Shown here piece by piece: positions 36,810 to 48,006 of a stretch of DNA of 64,000 bases; position 1 is the first letter of the stretch, and the number at the start of each line of letters is the position of its first letter. The stretch is taken from the NCBI GenBank assembly GCA_016198755.1, contig JACQIB010000002.1, forward strand, positions 1-64,000. Reading direction: 5' to 3'. Origin of the DNA: Candidatus Aenigmatarchaeota archaeon. GTDB taxonomy: Archaea > Aenigmatarchaeota > Aenigmatarchaeia > Aenigmatarchaeales > JACQIB01. The position numbers were made by a program, and so were the translations under genes. The notes beneath the pieces were generated by a model that made no database searches, had not been told where the DNA came from, and saw nothing but the letters and a program-made list of their open reading frames with translations.

Positions 36810-37784
36810 ATGAGAGCTTTGATTACAGGTGGCGGTGGGTTCGTAGGCTCAAATCTAGCCTTATACCTACTTTCGAAAGGCCATGATGTTACTGTTTATG
36901 ATAATATGCAAAGGATGGGCAGCCATATAAATATTGGAAAAATAAAAGCAGCTTTTCCACAAGCCAAAATAGTGCCCAAGGAACTGGATGATATAAGGGA
37001 GTTTTTGCAAAATAATAGGTTTCATGTAATATTTCATTTCGCAGCCCAGGTTGCTGTTACGAGCAGCTATGAAAGTCCGCACAGTGATTTCAGGATAAAT
37101 GCTCTAGGAACATTTAATATTGTTTCGTCTACAGACACCCCAGTTATCTATGCCTCAACAAACAAAGTCTACGGAGATAATGTTAATCTTGTTCCCATAG
37201 AGGAGCATGAAACCAGATATGATTTTTCAGGCCCATTAAAAGGAGTTGGAATACCTGAAAGTTTCAGTATAGACTCCAAAAAGCATACTCCATATGGCTG
37301 TTCAAAGCTTGTTGGCGAGCTTTATGTCAGAGAATTCGACGGTGTTGCAAACAGGTTCTCCTGTATGTATGGTCCAAACCAGTTTGGCAATACAGATCAG
37401 GGCTGGCTGTCACATTTTGTTCAATATGCTCTATCAGGAAAACAACTCACTGTTTATGGTGATGGAAAACAGGTAAGGGACGCACTCTATATCGACGATG
37501 TTGTAAGACTTTTGGAGCTGCAGGCACTTAACATAGATAAAATACGCGGAGAGGTTTTCAATATAGGAGGTGGTTACAATAATGTAATTTCTCTGTTAGA
37601 ACTTTGCTCAAAACTTGGAGTAAAACCTAAATTTGAGGACTGGAGGCCTTCAGACCAGAAAGTTTACTATTCGGATATATCCAAAGCTAAAAAACTTTTA
37701 GGCTGGTCACCGGCAGTTTCTGTTGATGACGGACTTAAAAGACTTGTTGAATGGCACAAATCCCCAGAATCAAAGCTCCATTAA
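36810..37784 (+). CDS. NAD-dependent sugar epimerase (CDP-paratose 2-epimerase-like)
   Basis: GGGGFVG, AQVAVTSS, STNKVYG, YGCSK, GKQVRD. Confidence 0.88.
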   Translation: MRALITGGGGFVGSNLALYLLSKGHDVTVYDNMQRMGSHINIGKIKAAFPQAKIVPKELDDIREFLQNNRFHVIFHFAAQVAVTSSYESPHSDFRINALGTFNIVSSTDTPVIYASTNKVYGDNVNLVPIEEHETRYDFSGPLKGVGIPESFSIDSKKHTPYGCSKLVGELYVREFDGVANRFSCMYGPNQFGNTDQGWLSHFVQYALSGKQLTVYGDGKQVRDALYIDDVVRLLELQALNIDKIRGEVFNIGGGYNNVISLLELCSKLGVKPKFEDWRPSDQKVYYSDISKAKKLLGWSPAVSVDDGLKRLVEWHKSPESKLH

Positions 37785-37820
37785 GGTGCCTTTTAATCTT
37801 TTTCTATTCATGTTTTTCCA

Positions 37821-40076
37821 ATGGCAAATACCCTTAAAACAGACTTGATAAGCATAACCTTCATTTTCCTACTGTCTATTACACCATTCCTCCCATACTT
37901 AGTCCAATCAGGCAAAGTACTTGGTTCAGGTATATCAGACACAGTCTATATACTCCCGTTTATAGGTGAGTTATCCAGAAAAGAGCTCACAGAAACAGGT
38001 TTTTTCCCTACATGGGACAGCTATACATCCTCAGGTCGTCCATTTCTAGCAAACCCACAATCAGCTCCATTTTCCCTCTCAACACTTCTTTATCTCCTTT
38101 TTTCATTCAATTCCTTTGCTATTTCCACAGCTATTTACATGTTTCTTGCAGGTATTTTTACATACTTATTTTCCAGATTACTTGATCTAAAACAGCCCGA
38201 AGCCCTCTTCGCCTCAATTTCCTATATGTTCAGCAGTCTGTTCTTCCTCAGAATATTCGCAGGTCACACTCTGTTAATAGGTGCATTCGCTTTCTTCCCC
38301 CTTATACTTCTTATAGCAGAACTAAATGTAAGAAAAACCAGAAAACTTCATATAATATTGTTTGGTTCAATAGCATTCTTCCTCCAAATATCCACAGGCG
38401 GTTTGCAAATAGCCTTTTACACCACAATAGCATTCTTTCTTTACACCATCCTGCGCAGCGTACAGCGGTTCTTGCTTGAAAACTCAACTAAACAGCTCCT
38501 GAAAAATATTGTTGCACCGCTTTTAATGATAGCAATTTCAATTATGATGGTTTCATCTCAACTACTTCCTGCATTTGAGCTCCTTTCATTAAGCCCAAGG
38601 GCAAATTCTGATGGTACTTCAGTTTCCACCTCTTCCCACCCCCTGTTGTTATCCAATCTGTTTCTCCCAGAAATTTTATCCAGTTCCAACTATAACTTCG
38701 GTTTTACTAATTTTTGGGAATTCATACCATACATAGGTGCGATAACAGCTATCATGGCACTTTTAGGTTGCTTATTTTCCAGCAGAAAGATAAAATATCC
38801 GCTCATTATACTTGCTCTATTTTCAATATTATTTTCTCTTGGAACATACACGCCATTTTTCAGTTTATTCTCAAAAGTACTTCCGTTTATTAACAGCTTT
38901 AGATTTCCTTCGCGCATGATATTTGTTTTTCTCTTCTCCCTATCTATACTATCCTCACTCGGGTTTCACTCACTCCTGCAGAAAAGCACAAAAAAACTCT
39001 TTCATGTCCCACTTTTCATAGTATCCATTGTTTTTCTTTTAGTATCCATACTACTAACAAATCCAGCCTATATTATATTAAAAGAACAGTTTACACACAT
39101 ATCTGCTGTTATTGCCGGCAGTCTTCCATATGACTCTGCAATAATAAAAGCCAGTGCAATAGAACAGAACTTCCAGTTTATTTATGCTAATATAGTTTTC
39201 GGTTCTTATCATCTGCTTATTTTCTTAGTTCTCTTTCTCTGGGCATGTTCTTCTTTCATTAAAGGCAGACTTACACCGCGTATATTTTCTCTTGCAATAT
39301 TATTGCTTCTTCTATCAGATCTGCTTTTATTCGGTATTCCCTATATAAAGTATACAGACCAGAAGAGTTTAGAGCTGCCGCAGGATGCACTAAAATACAT
39401 AGATTCGGATTATAATGTATATCTGGACAAAGCAGTTTTCCCTCCTGTAGCATTAATAAAAAATAACTTAAAGACTCACCAGATATACGATCCTGCAACA
39501 CTAAAATCATATGAAGAATTTTTATCTATAAATAACTGCACAGAATATTGCTCTTCAGCCTCAAACCTGTTCTCTACAAAATACTACATAACAAACAAAA
39601 CCTTGGATATGGAGAAACTATATTCATTCTCCTATACTAACTATCTGACTGGAAAGCCTTCCATCGCCACAATTTACAGCATAAACTCTTCAGGTTTGGC
39701 AAGAATATCCTATAACTGGAGAGTAGACTCCTCATACCTAGGCGACGTTTATCTGGATAAACTAGAATTCTCAGATGATTCTAAAATAAACATAACTTAT
39801 CGTTCATCCAGCAAAATAAATATCTCAACCTATACTTCTCAGTCCGGAGTTCTCGTGCTTTCCCAGAATTATTATCCAGGATGGAAAGTTTTTATAGATG
39901 ATAAGGAAGCCAGAATTTTACAACCATATGCCAGCTATACCGGCGTTTTCCTTCCCAGAGGTCAGCATAACGTGGAGTTTGCTTTCAATCCATATTCAGG
40001 CCTGACTGTTACACTTATAGGAACTATAATTTCCTTAATATCGTTCTTTACTCTACTGCTTCTCTATATATTCTGA
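37821..40076 (+). CDS. YfhO-family membrane protein (GT-C-like)
   Basis: GRPFLANPQ, RFPSR, C-terminal NYYPGWKVFID...LPRGQHNVEF. Confidence 0.82.
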   Translation: MANTLKTDLISITFIFLLSITPFLPYLVQSGKVLGSGISDTVYILPFIGELSRKELTETGFFPTWDSYTSSGRPFLANPQSAPFSLSTLLYLLFSFNSFAISTAIYMFLAGIFTYLFSRLLDLKQPEALFASISYMFSSLFFLRIFAGHTLLIGAFAFFPLILLIAELNVRKTRKLHIILFGSIAFFLQISTGGLQIAFYTTIAFFLYTILRSVQRFLLENSTKQLLKNIVAPLLMIAISIMMVSSQLLPAFELLSLSPRANSDGTSVSTSSHPLLLSNLFLPEILSSSNYNFGFTNFWEFIPYIGAITAIMALLGCLFSSRKIKYPLIILALFSILFSLGTYTPFFSLFSKVLPFINSFRFPSRMIFVFLFSLSILSSLGFHSLLQKSTKKLFHVPLFIVSIVFLLVSILLTNPAYIILKEQFTHISAVIAGSLPYDSAIIKASAIEQNFQFIYANIVFGSYHLLIFLVLFLWACSSFIKGRLTPRIFSLAILLLLLSDLLLFGIPYIKYTDQKSLELPQDALKYIDSDYNVYLDKAVFPPVALIKNNLKTHQIYDPATLKSYEEFLSINNCTEYCSSASNLFSTKYYITNKTLDMEKLYSFSYTNYLTGKPSIATIYSINSSGLARISYNWRVDSSYLGDVYLDKLEFSDDSKINITYRSSSKINISTYTSQSGVLVLSQNYYPGWKVFIDDKEARILQPYASYTGVFLPRGQHNVEFAFNPYSGLTVTLIGTIISLISFFTLLLLYIF

Positions 40077-41154
40077 GAAGCTGTTCATTCCTAGCTTTTA
40101 TAGAAAACTTTCCATTCACAACTTCTTTCAACCCAGTTTCCCCCAGCTTCCGCCTTAATTTTGAATCCTGTATCAATAAACCAGCCTTTTCTATTATACC
40201 GCTTACTATTTCCGGTTTTTCTGTTGTTTCTACAAATCTGTTAAATTTTTCCCAATTATCCATGGAAAACAGGTAGTTCTTTCCATACCAAGAGTATTTT
40301 GAACTAGGTAGTGCAAATCCACAATTACCTATTATTTCCGGAACAGCAAATGTATCTGTTCCAATACACGGTTTTCCGGCAGCCATAGCCTCAAGAAAAA
40401 CCATGCCAAAAGTATCAGTATATGTTGGTAATATGAAAACATCTGAATTTGGAAAGAATTCTGTAAGAACCTTTTCCCTTGGCTGAAGCCCAGGAAATTT
40501 TACTTTAAACTTCCCAGAGTATTTCTCCACAATATCCTTTGGCACATCACTTATCATTGTAAGTTCAACATCATACTTTTTGCTTAGTGTCTCGAAAGCT
40601 TTCAGTACTTCCATCCCCCCCTTTATGTAAAACCCATAGCTTACAAACAAAAATCTCACAGAATCAGACTTGGTTTCCGCAACATTCCTTGGTGCTATAG
40701 CAGGGTATACAACTTCCAACTTTTCCTTAAATCCAGAGCAATCCAGACCATTTAGAATAGACATTTTTCCAGCCTCTGTCCAAGGCATTATTTTTTTACA
40801 GTTTTTCCCAGCTAAATACTTCTCAACCTTTTTCCTGACATTTTCCAGCCTTCCAGCCTGAAAACCAACAAAAGAAGCAGCATGTTCCAAATCCAATACC
40901 CAAGGCATATCATTTTTTACCAGAATCCCGCTGCATCCATGTATAAGCTCAGCTCCCATCGGATTAACTTTTAATGCATGTGGATTGTTTGTAAACCTCA
41001 GGTAAGACCTGAATAGTCCGCGTTTTATATTGTTTACAATTTTATTTTTCGACGGGACAACATAAGGCGGAAAGACATATTCTACACCCTTCGGAGGATA
41101 TTTTATCAAATCCTCAAAGACAGAATGGTAACCTTTCCTCAAACAAACTTTCAT
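40048..41154 (-). CDS. GT4 glycosyltransferase
   Basis: PTYTDTFGMVFLEAMAAG. Confidence 0.88.
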   Translation of the reverse strand: MKVCLRKGYHSVFEDLIKYPPKGVEYVFPPYVVPSKNKIVNNIKRGLFRSYLRFTNNPHALKVNPMGAELIHGCSGILVKNDMPWVLDLEHAASFVGFQAGRLENVRKKVEKYLAGKNCKKIMPWTEAGKMSILNGLDCSGFKEKLEVVYPAIAPRNVAETKSDSVRFLFVSYGFYIKGGMEVLKAFETLSKKYDVELTMISDVPKDIVEKYSGKFKVKFPGLQPREKVLTEFFPNSDVFILPTYTDTFGMVFLEAMAAGKPCIGTDTFAVPEIIGNCGFALPSSKYSWYGKNYLFSMDNWEKFNRFVETTEKPEIVSGIIEKAGLLIQDSKLRRKLGETGLKEVVNGKFSIKARNEQLLRIYREAVE

Positions 41155-41155
41155 T

Positions 41156-42235
41156 CTACCCACCCAGCAGACTTTTGTAAATAGCCATCATACCATTTGC
41201 ATGGTTTTCATATGTAAATACCTTTGCTCTTTCCAAGCTCAGTTTTGAATATTTCTGCCTCATATGCTCATCTTCTATCAGTGGCCTTAATCCAGCAGCC
41301 ATAGATTCTATATTCGGCTCTACTATAACCCCATACTTTTGTATTAACTCAGGAGACGTTGAAGCATTGCAAGCAACAACAGGCAATCCGCAGTGCATAG
41401 CTTCTGCTATCATGTTTCCAAAACCCTCACTCAGAGACGGAAATACAAATATATCAAGAGAGTTGTAAAATTTTGTAACATCTTTATTGTCTACAAATCC
41501 GTAGAAATGCGTACCATCAACTCCTAATTTTCTGAAAGCCTCCAGATTTTTACCCCCGCCACCAACATGAAGCTCTACTTTGTTTCCATATTCCTTTCTT
41601 AATTTTTCAAAGGCCTGTACGAGAAGTATAACATTCTTCCTCCCATCCAACCCACCAAGATACCCTATTTTCACGATGTCACTTTTTGTTTTTGGCAAAG
41701 GATGAAATATGCTAGTATCGCATCCATGATAAACGACCTTCAATTTTTCCCTTTCTATACCCAGTTTCACGGCTTCTTCTTTTGCAGAATTTGAAAAAAC
41801 TAAAAGTGCATCAGCTTTTCTTATTGTCCTAAAACAATACCTATACCATGCTGTTATTACCAAGTCCCTTAACTTCATATTTTTTAGAGCATAGTGAAAC
41901 GGTATAACATCGTGTATAGCCACAACAGAAGGCGTTTTATCGTTCCATATAAACGGTGCGCCAGTAGTTACATAATCCGAATGGTAAACATCAGCTTCAA
42001 GATTCTTTATCTTTTTCGAGAGATAAAGCGGATATGGTATCCAGCTGAATTTTGGTGCATGCACAGTTTCTATCCAAGGTTCAGATGGTGAGAAGTCATC
42101 TCTTATAAGCAGCTTCACATCATTATTGAGCTCCTTCAAGCTCTTCCCTAGATTGTATATATATCTGGAGAATCCTATGCTCATACCCCACACACCACTT
42201 TGCGGTACAGTGTGACCTGCAAGCAGTATTCTCAT
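41156..42235 (-). CDS. GT4 glycosyltransferase
   Basis: PSLSEGFGNMIAEAMHCG. Confidence 0.9.
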   Translation of the reverse strand: MRILLAGHTVPQSGVWGMSIGFSRYIYNLGKSLKELNNDVKLLIRDDFSPSEPWIETVHAPKFSWIPYPLYLSKKIKNLEADVYHSDYVTTGAPFIWNDKTPSVVAIHDVIPFHYALKNMKLRDLVITAWYRYCFRTIRKADALLVFSNSAKEEAVKLGIEREKLKVVYHGCDTSIFHPLPKTKSDIVKIGYLGGLDGRKNVILLVQAFEKLRKEYGNKVELHVGGGGKNLEAFRKLGVDGTHFYGFVDNKDVTKFYNSLDIFVFPSLSEGFGNMIAEAMHCGLPVVACNASTSPELIQKYGVIVEPNIESMAAGLRPLIEDEHMRQKYSKLSLERAKVFTYENHANGMMAIYKSLLGG

Positions 42236-42266
42236 AACATCACAAAAAGCTTGAAGTGAAAGGCTT

Positions 42267-43277
42267 TTATGCCTTTAGTAACCTATGAACCACATCTGCT
42301 ATACACTCTTTTCTCTGCCCGTAATTGAAAATTTCCTTTATCCTTTCCCTTCCTATATTTCCAAGTCTTTCAACTAGTTCCCCATTTTTAAGTACCTTTA
42401 GTATCGCTTCCGCCAGCTTCTTTGGATTTTTTACAGGCACATACAATCCAGCCCCGCCAGCTACCTCTGGAGTAGCCCCCTTTCTGCTAACAATAACTGG
42501 CAATCCACATGCCATTGCCTCTGCCATAGCTAATCCAAACCCCTCGTGCATTGAAGGCTGAACAAAAGCTACAGATTTGTTTACTAACCTTATTTTCTCC
42601 TTCTCTTTCATCTCCCTAGATTCATGGAACTCTACATTTCTTTCCAATCCAAGATTTTTTACCCTTTCCTTTACAGCCGGAAACCCGTCTATAAGCGTCC
42701 CAATAAGTACAAACTTCGCATCTGGAATATCATTAACTACGATTTTCATAGCATCCAATATGTCCATTATCCTTTTTCTCTCCACATTGTGTTTTGATAC
42801 ATGACTAACTAAAACCACACTTTTTTCCTTCTTAATTTTCAGTGGCTTATACTTTTCCGTATCTATTCCAAAATAACAAAGTTTAAGGTTTTTCCCTCCC
42901 AGCATTCTAGCCTGTTGTAAAACATGTTTTGAATCTACAAGAACAGCATTACTGTTTTTTAACGTCCATTTTATAATCTTTTTCTGCCAATACGGTCTCG
43001 CATCAAATCCAGTTGAAGTTTTATCACTCTTACACACATCACTGCCTGCAGCTACTAGTATGTTAGGCTTACCTATCATTTTGCTGTACATTATTGCTTT
43101 GGCTCCTGAAGAGGCCCAGTAGGCAAAATAAAGGTCAGCATTTTTTTCTATATTGCTAAAAGAATTAGAAACCTTAACTTCGAATCCCAGCTCTTCCAAA
43201 ATCCTTATATCGGTTTTGTAGAACTCTACAACCTTTATCAAGTCAAATGGAGCATTTGCAAAAAAACAAACTTTCAT
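42267..43277 (-). CDS. GT4 glycosyltransferase
   Basis: PSMHEGFGLAMAEAMACG. Confidence 0.9.
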   Translation of the reverse strand: MKVCFFANAPFDLIKVVEFYKTDIRILEELGFEVKVSNSFSNIEKNADLYFAYWASSGAKAIMYSKMIGKPNILVAAGSDVCKSDKTSTGFDARPYWQKKIIKWTLKNSNAVLVDSKHVLQQARMLGGKNLKLCYFGIDTEKYKPLKIKKEKSVVLVSHVSKHNVERKRIMDILDAMKIVVNDIPDAKFVLIGTLIDGFPAVKERVKNLGLERNVEFHESREMKEKEKIRLVNKSVAFVQPSMHEGFGLAMAEAMACGLPVIVSRKGATPEVAGGAGLYVPVKNPKKLAEAILKVLKNGELVERLGNIGRERIKEIFNYGQRKECIADVVHRLLKA

Positions 43278-44347
43278 TTTTCAAGCCCCCGCACAACTTC
43301 TATCGCTTTTTTCGTAAGATCAGGCTTAAATTCGATACTAACAGTCTTTATTTTCATCTTTTCTATCTTTTCTGCAGCTTCTAACATTCTATCACCATCT
43401 ACACCAGTAACAAATACCAACCCCTTATTTAAAAGCTCTCTGAACGGTGTAAATTTGTTTGTAACTATACATGGCTTTCCAAGAACATTACACTCCTCAA
43501 CAACTCCATTGCTGTCTGTTACAACTATATCAGCTGCTGCAATGAGTTTCAAATATTTCTCATAAATGACAGGTTCCACAACCATGACTTTTTCCTTATC
43601 CAAACCCAAAAAGAAGCCATACTTTTCCAGCATATTTCTTATGATAGGATTGGCAGAGAATATAACTCTTCCACTAACAGCAACGCAAAACTTTTTCATT
43701 TCTTCCACATCATTTCTGTTTTTTATGGATCTCACGCTATTTACCAGTACAAATCTCCCAGTAACAGTCTTCTTATTTCCCAATCCCAAAACATACGAAA
43801 CTACATCTGTCATTAAATTACCTACAAAAAAAATCCTGTTTTTTGATATACTTTCCTTTTTTAAATTTTCTTCAAAATCCCTATATTGTACAAACAAGTA
43901 GTTGCTCAAGTGGTCTGCTATCCAATACATTAAGTCCAGTGTATAGGAGCCAAAGGCTTTAGAGCGGAATCCGGATTCAAAATGTAAAACCTTTTTCCCC
44001 GTAAGTTTTCCTGCAAATACAGCAGCCAGTGATGACATTGTGTTACCATGCGAAATCACGATTCCTTTATTGTTTATAAAAACTTTTGCAAGCTTTATTG
44101 TTGTAAGAACAAACCAAAATATACCAAGAGCTGTAGATAAGGGAAACGGCAGCTTAGACCACACACTCCTATACGACCTGCCAAAATGAATATCCGGAGC
44201 AGGAATTTTCAATGCTTTCTGTAGTTCAGAATTATCATGTTGTCCTGTGTCTATTATAACATTATCTTCGTTTTCAGACTTAAGCAGCTTTATGAATACT
44301 GATAATTTTATCAGTTCAGCCCTTGTCCCGTATACAACAATAACCAT
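43274..44347 (-). CDS. UDP-N-acetylglucosamine 2-epimerase family (WecB/WbpI-like)
   Basis: GTRAELIK, TGQH, HFESGFRS, TDSNGVVEE. Confidence 0.85.
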   Translation of the reverse strand: MVIVVYGTRAELIKLSVFIKLLKSENEDNVIIDTGQHDNSELQKALKIPAPDIHFGRSYRSVWSKLPFPLSTALGIFWFVLTTIKLAKVFINNKGIVISHGNTMSSLAAVFAGKLTGKKVLHFESGFRSKAFGSYTLDLMYWIADHLSNYLFVQYRDFEENLKKESISKNRIFFVGNLMTDVVSYVLGLGNKKTVTGRFVLVNSVRSIKNRNDVEEMKKFCVAVSGRVIFSANPIIRNMLEKYGFFLGLDKEKVMVVEPVIYEKYLKLIAAADIVVTDSNGVVEECNVLGKPCIVTNKFTPFRELLNKGLVFVTGVDGDRMLEAAEKIEKMKIKTVSIEFKPDLTKKAIEVVRGLEK

Positions 44348-44360
44348 ATCAAACCCAATA

Positions 44361-45350
44361 TTAAACTTTTAAATTAACTCTCATTCTCTCTTCCCACCAT
44401 TTTAACATATCATTTAGCGTCTGGTCCATAGGAATTACAGGTTTCCAGCCAGTTTTTGATACAAATTTTAAATTGTCACCTGCAATAACCCTTTCATCAG
44501 CCGGTCTCAGGAGAGTTTTATCTTGAATCAGATCTGCCTTTACACCGCTTAATTCCATCATCCTTTTAACAATATCACCTATTTTATGAAGCTTGCCTGA
44601 ACATAAGTTATATGATTCTCCCCACTCACCAGAATCACCGGCAAGCCATATGGCTGCTGCCATATCCCTCCCGTCTGTAACATCCCTATAATTCTCCAAA
44701 TTCCCACACAATATTTTATTTCTTACTCCAAGTTTAACTTCTATTATACGTTTTGCATATGCAGAGCATGCATCCTTTGTTTTGCCTGGCCCAGTAGTAT
44801 TAAAAATCCTGCAAACAACAGTTTTTATACCATAATTTTTAAAGTACTGATAGGACAGTAAATCCTGTGCAACTTTACTCACCCCATATGGATGCAATGG
44901 CTTCAGCTGGTGGGTTTCTTTTGTTGGCAGATCTTTCTCCTCTACTATACCATATTCTGCCGAAGAACCGGCAACAACTACAATAGGATTTATTTTTAGG
45001 TCTCTTATAGATTCAAATATATTTATAGTTCCTATGACATTGGTTTGAATTGTTTCCTGTGGATATTGTAAGGAATATGTAGGGGATGCCTCTGCTGCCA
45101 AATGGAATATTTTGTCCGGTTTAAATTCTTCAATAAGCCTCCTGACAGCATAAAAATCCGCAACATTGCAATATACAAGCTTCATCTTTGTTTCTATATC
45201 ATCTATAAGATTTTTGTTCTGTATATCTTCTAGGTTGGCATAATCATCACTCTTCCAGTACACACCAATTACATTTTCTCCTTTATTCAAACAAAGTCTA
45301 GAAAGAAAACTACCTATAAACCCAGATGCTCCAGTGATGAGTACTGTCAT
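44361..45350 (-). CDS. GDP-sugar dehydratase/reductase (Gmd/Rmd-like SDR)
   Basis: TGASGFIG, GSSAEYG, PYGVSK, FNTTGP, LLRPAD. Confidence 0.85.
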   Translation of the reverse strand: MTVLITGASGFIGSFLSRLCLNKGENVIGVYWKSDDYANLEDIQNKNLIDDIETKMKLVYCNVADFYAVRRLIEEFKPDKIFHLAAEASPTYSLQYPQETIQTNVIGTINIFESIRDLKINPIVVVAGSSAEYGIVEEKDLPTKETHQLKPLHPYGVSKVAQDLLSYQYFKNYGIKTVVCRIFNTTGPGKTKDACSAYAKRIIEVKLGVRNKILCGNLENYRDVTDGRDMAAAIWLAGDSGEWGESYNLCSGKLHKIGDIVKRMMELSGVKADLIQDKTLLRPADERVIAGDNLKFVSKTGWKPVIPMDQTLNDMLKWWEERMRVNLKV

Positions 45351-45467
45351 AGAAAAGGGCTGGTCAGTTACAAATAAAAACCTATTGGTATCATTGCTAC
45401 ATATTATGCAGAGATCCTATACCCATTTAAATCCCAAAACAACCTCTGTAAATAGAAAGATGATATA

Positions 45468-46961
45468 ATGAGAACAATAGATAAGGCAATAAGCAATACA
45501 TTTTACCTTTTCTTGGACTGGTTGGGAGTTGCAGTTTCAGGTTACTTATACTGGGTTATTATAGGGAAGCTGTTGCAGCCTGCAGATGCTGGTGTTGTAT
45601 CAGCGTTTATAAACTTCTCGCTTCTAATAAGCGGTCTTTCCACTTTAGGATTATTGACTGCAGTCAGTAAGCTTTTGCCGGAATATGAAATAAAGGGACA
45701 GAAAGAAAAACTCGTTGGAACAATATGGTGGACATTCAAAATAATAATGTTACTGAATATTATAATCGGTATTTTGATTGTTGCCGCAAATCATATTTTT
45801 GGCTGGTTTGTCTATAGTACACAATACGATGCGATAGCACTTTCCCTCTTTTTAATAACTATGACAAGCTCTACACTGCTTTCAACTTATTTACAGAGTA
45901 TGCAGCAAATGAAAAGGATTTTTACTTCCAATCTTGTTTTAGCCATATCAAAAATAATTGCAACTCTGGCTTTTATGACGGTTTCTTTCAATTACATAGG
46001 TCCTTTAGCAGGTTTTATAGCAGCTTCCGCTTTAGTGACAGTTATAAGGTTTTTCTGGATGCCAAAGGGAAAGGGTGATATAGATACAAAGGGAATACGG
46101 GATCTTGCTATACCTTCTTTCATGACAATACCAGGAACTCTTTTAGTAAGCAATGGCAGTGTTATTGCCTTAACTGCAATAGCTACAGCCAGTGATGTAG
46201 GCTTATTTGGTTTTGCGCTCATTATAGCTTCTGTTATCCATATAATGCCCAATGTCTTATCCCGCTCTATTTTTCCAATTTCTTCCCAGCAATGGGCAAT
46301 GAAAACCACAGAAAGCCTTCGTCGCCTTCTTTCCCTCAGCCTAAAATATTCTATTTTAATAGCTCTTCCAATGGTAGCCTTTTCATTTATTTTCTCCAAC
46401 GAAATAATACTTTTGCTTTCAAAACAGAGCTATATAGAAGCAAAAAATATCGTGGGAATTTTAGCTGCATCATTCATGTTTTATGGAATATCAAGTATTT
46501 TCACAAATACTCTCTATTCGATGGGTGAAGCAAAAAGAAACAGGGATATATGGAGTGCTGCAGGTGCAATCAATATAGGGCTGACAATTTTACTTTATTC
46601 ACTATACGGCATATCCGGTGCTGCATTCGCTCTTTTAATATCTACAATATTTATAGCAAGTTTAACAATATATTTTTCCATAAAGAAGACCGGAAACTTC
46701 ATACATCCAAAGCCAATAATAAAAATTATAGTTTCCACATGCATTTCATTTATTATAACAATTATTTTAAAACAGTTTTTTCCAGGATACATTTATGCTA
46801 TTCCAATAGCATTAGCATTTCTTTTCATCTATTGCGTATCACTTCTTTTGACAAGGATTTTTGAAAAAGATGACAGCCTTCTTATAGAAAGACTTGAAAC
46901 TAAGATACCCTCCTATATTAAACCGATTTTTAACAAATTAGCCTCTTTTATACCCAAATAA
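45468..46961 (+). CDS. Wzx/MOP-family oligosaccharide flippase
   Basis: ~14 TM segments; YGISGAAFA; within glycan cluster. Confidence 0.85.
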   Translation: MRTIDKAISNTFYLFLDWLGVAVSGYLYWVIIGKLLQPADAGVVSAFINFSLLISGLSTLGLLTAVSKLLPEYEIKGQKEKLVGTIWWTFKIIMLLNIIIGILIVAANHIFGWFVYSTQYDAIALSLFLITMTSSTLLSTYLQSMQQMKRIFTSNLVLAISKIIATLAFMTVSFNYIGPLAGFIAASALVTVIRFFWMPKGKGDIDTKGIRDLAIPSFMTIPGTLLVSNGSVIALTAIATASDVGLFGFALIIASVIHIMPNVLSRSIFPISSQQWAMKTTESLRRLLSLSLKYSILIALPMVAFSFIFSNEIILLLSKQSYIEAKNIVGILAASFMFYGISSIFTNTLYSMGEAKRNRDIWSAAGAINIGLTILLYSLYGISGAAFALLISTIFIASLTIYFSIKKTGNFIHPKPIIKIIVSTCISFIITIILKQFFPGYIYAIPIALAFLFIYCVSLLLTRIFEKDDSLLIERLETKIPSYIKPIFNKLASFIPK

Positions 46962-46962
46962 T

Positions 46963-48006
46963 TCACAGTAATTTCATAAAGAAGAGTGCAAAACCCAGCA
47001 TACATAATATAATTTGTAGACCAACCAATCTATAGACAATTCCGCGTTCAGTATTCCTACCGTTCATGAAAACATGAGTTAGAGAATATATTTTATCATA
47101 CTTCGATTTCAAAGAGCCATCCTTCTGCAAAATACCAAAGCTCTGCGCTTTAAATCTAGATCTGGCTTTCAATGCAAATTCTATAAACCATGGGAGGAAA
47201 AGGAATGCTACAAATCTTTCCATATTCCCTATTATTGCTGCAGTTGCTATAACAGCTCCTATGGCATATGTAAGGCTGTCTCCAGGCATTATTTTTGCAG
47301 GATATTTATTATATAAAAAAAATGCAAACAAGCCAGCTGCAAATATCAATGCTATAGAAGCTGCCGGAATTTCACCTATTATAAGAGCAAAAATTCCTAT
47401 AGATCCAAGAGTTACTGCTCCAAGACCAGCTTCCAGTCCGTTCAACCCAGCCAACATGTTTGTTGCATTTGAAGCTCCAACTATAGCTATAGGTACTATC
47501 AATAGCGGGTAGAGTATACCCAGATCTACAGGTCCAAGAACCGGCAAATATAGGACTGTATTACCTGCTAATATTGCCATTAATGGTATTGCTGCAGGAA
47601 GAGTGAAAAGTGGTTTTTGCCACTGTTTCAGACCTATACGTTTTATGTTTCCAAAAACATCTTTTTTCATTTTTTTCTTTATCAATCTACCAAGGTCATC
47701 AAACATTCCTATCAAAACAACTATCAGTATAGTAGAAATTGAAATCAATATTTTTACCATTACAATATCCGCCTTCAAATCATAGAGGAAAACACGTGCT
47801 CCAATGAAAGCAAATATTCCTATTAAAAATCCTACAACAACAGCCGGTCCACCCATTTCAGCTATTTTCGGTTTTTCTATTTTCTGAACATCTATTCCAA
47901 CCATACCGCTTAATTTCAGGAATTCTATCAATCTGGGTAAAACAAGATAGGCTACTGCAAAGGCTATGAACATAGCTGTTGCGATTGTAACTGACAACTT
48001 ATACAC
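46963..48006 (-). CDS. UDP-GlcNAc:dolichyl-phosphate GlcNAc-1-P transferase (AglH/Alg7/MraY family)
   Basis: IGMFDD, NATNMLAGLNGLE, YNKYPAKIMPGDS. Confidence 0.92.
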   Translation of the reverse strand: MYKLSVTIATAMFIAFAVAYLVLPRLIEFLKLSGMVGIDVQKIEKPKIAEMGGPAVVVGFLIGIFAFIGARVFLYDLKADIVMVKILISISTILIVVLIGMFDDLGRLIKKKMKKDVFGNIKRIGLKQWQKPLFTLPAAIPLMAILAGNTVLYLPVLGPVDLGILYPLLIVPIAIVGASNATNMLAGLNGLEAGLGAVTLGSIGIFALIIGEIPAASIALIFAAGLFAFFLYNKYPAKIMPGDSLTYAIGAVIATAAIIGNMERFVAFLFLPWFIEFALKARSRFKAQSFGILQKDGSLKSKYDKIYSLTHVFMNGRNTERGIVYRLVGLQIILCMLGFALFFMKLL

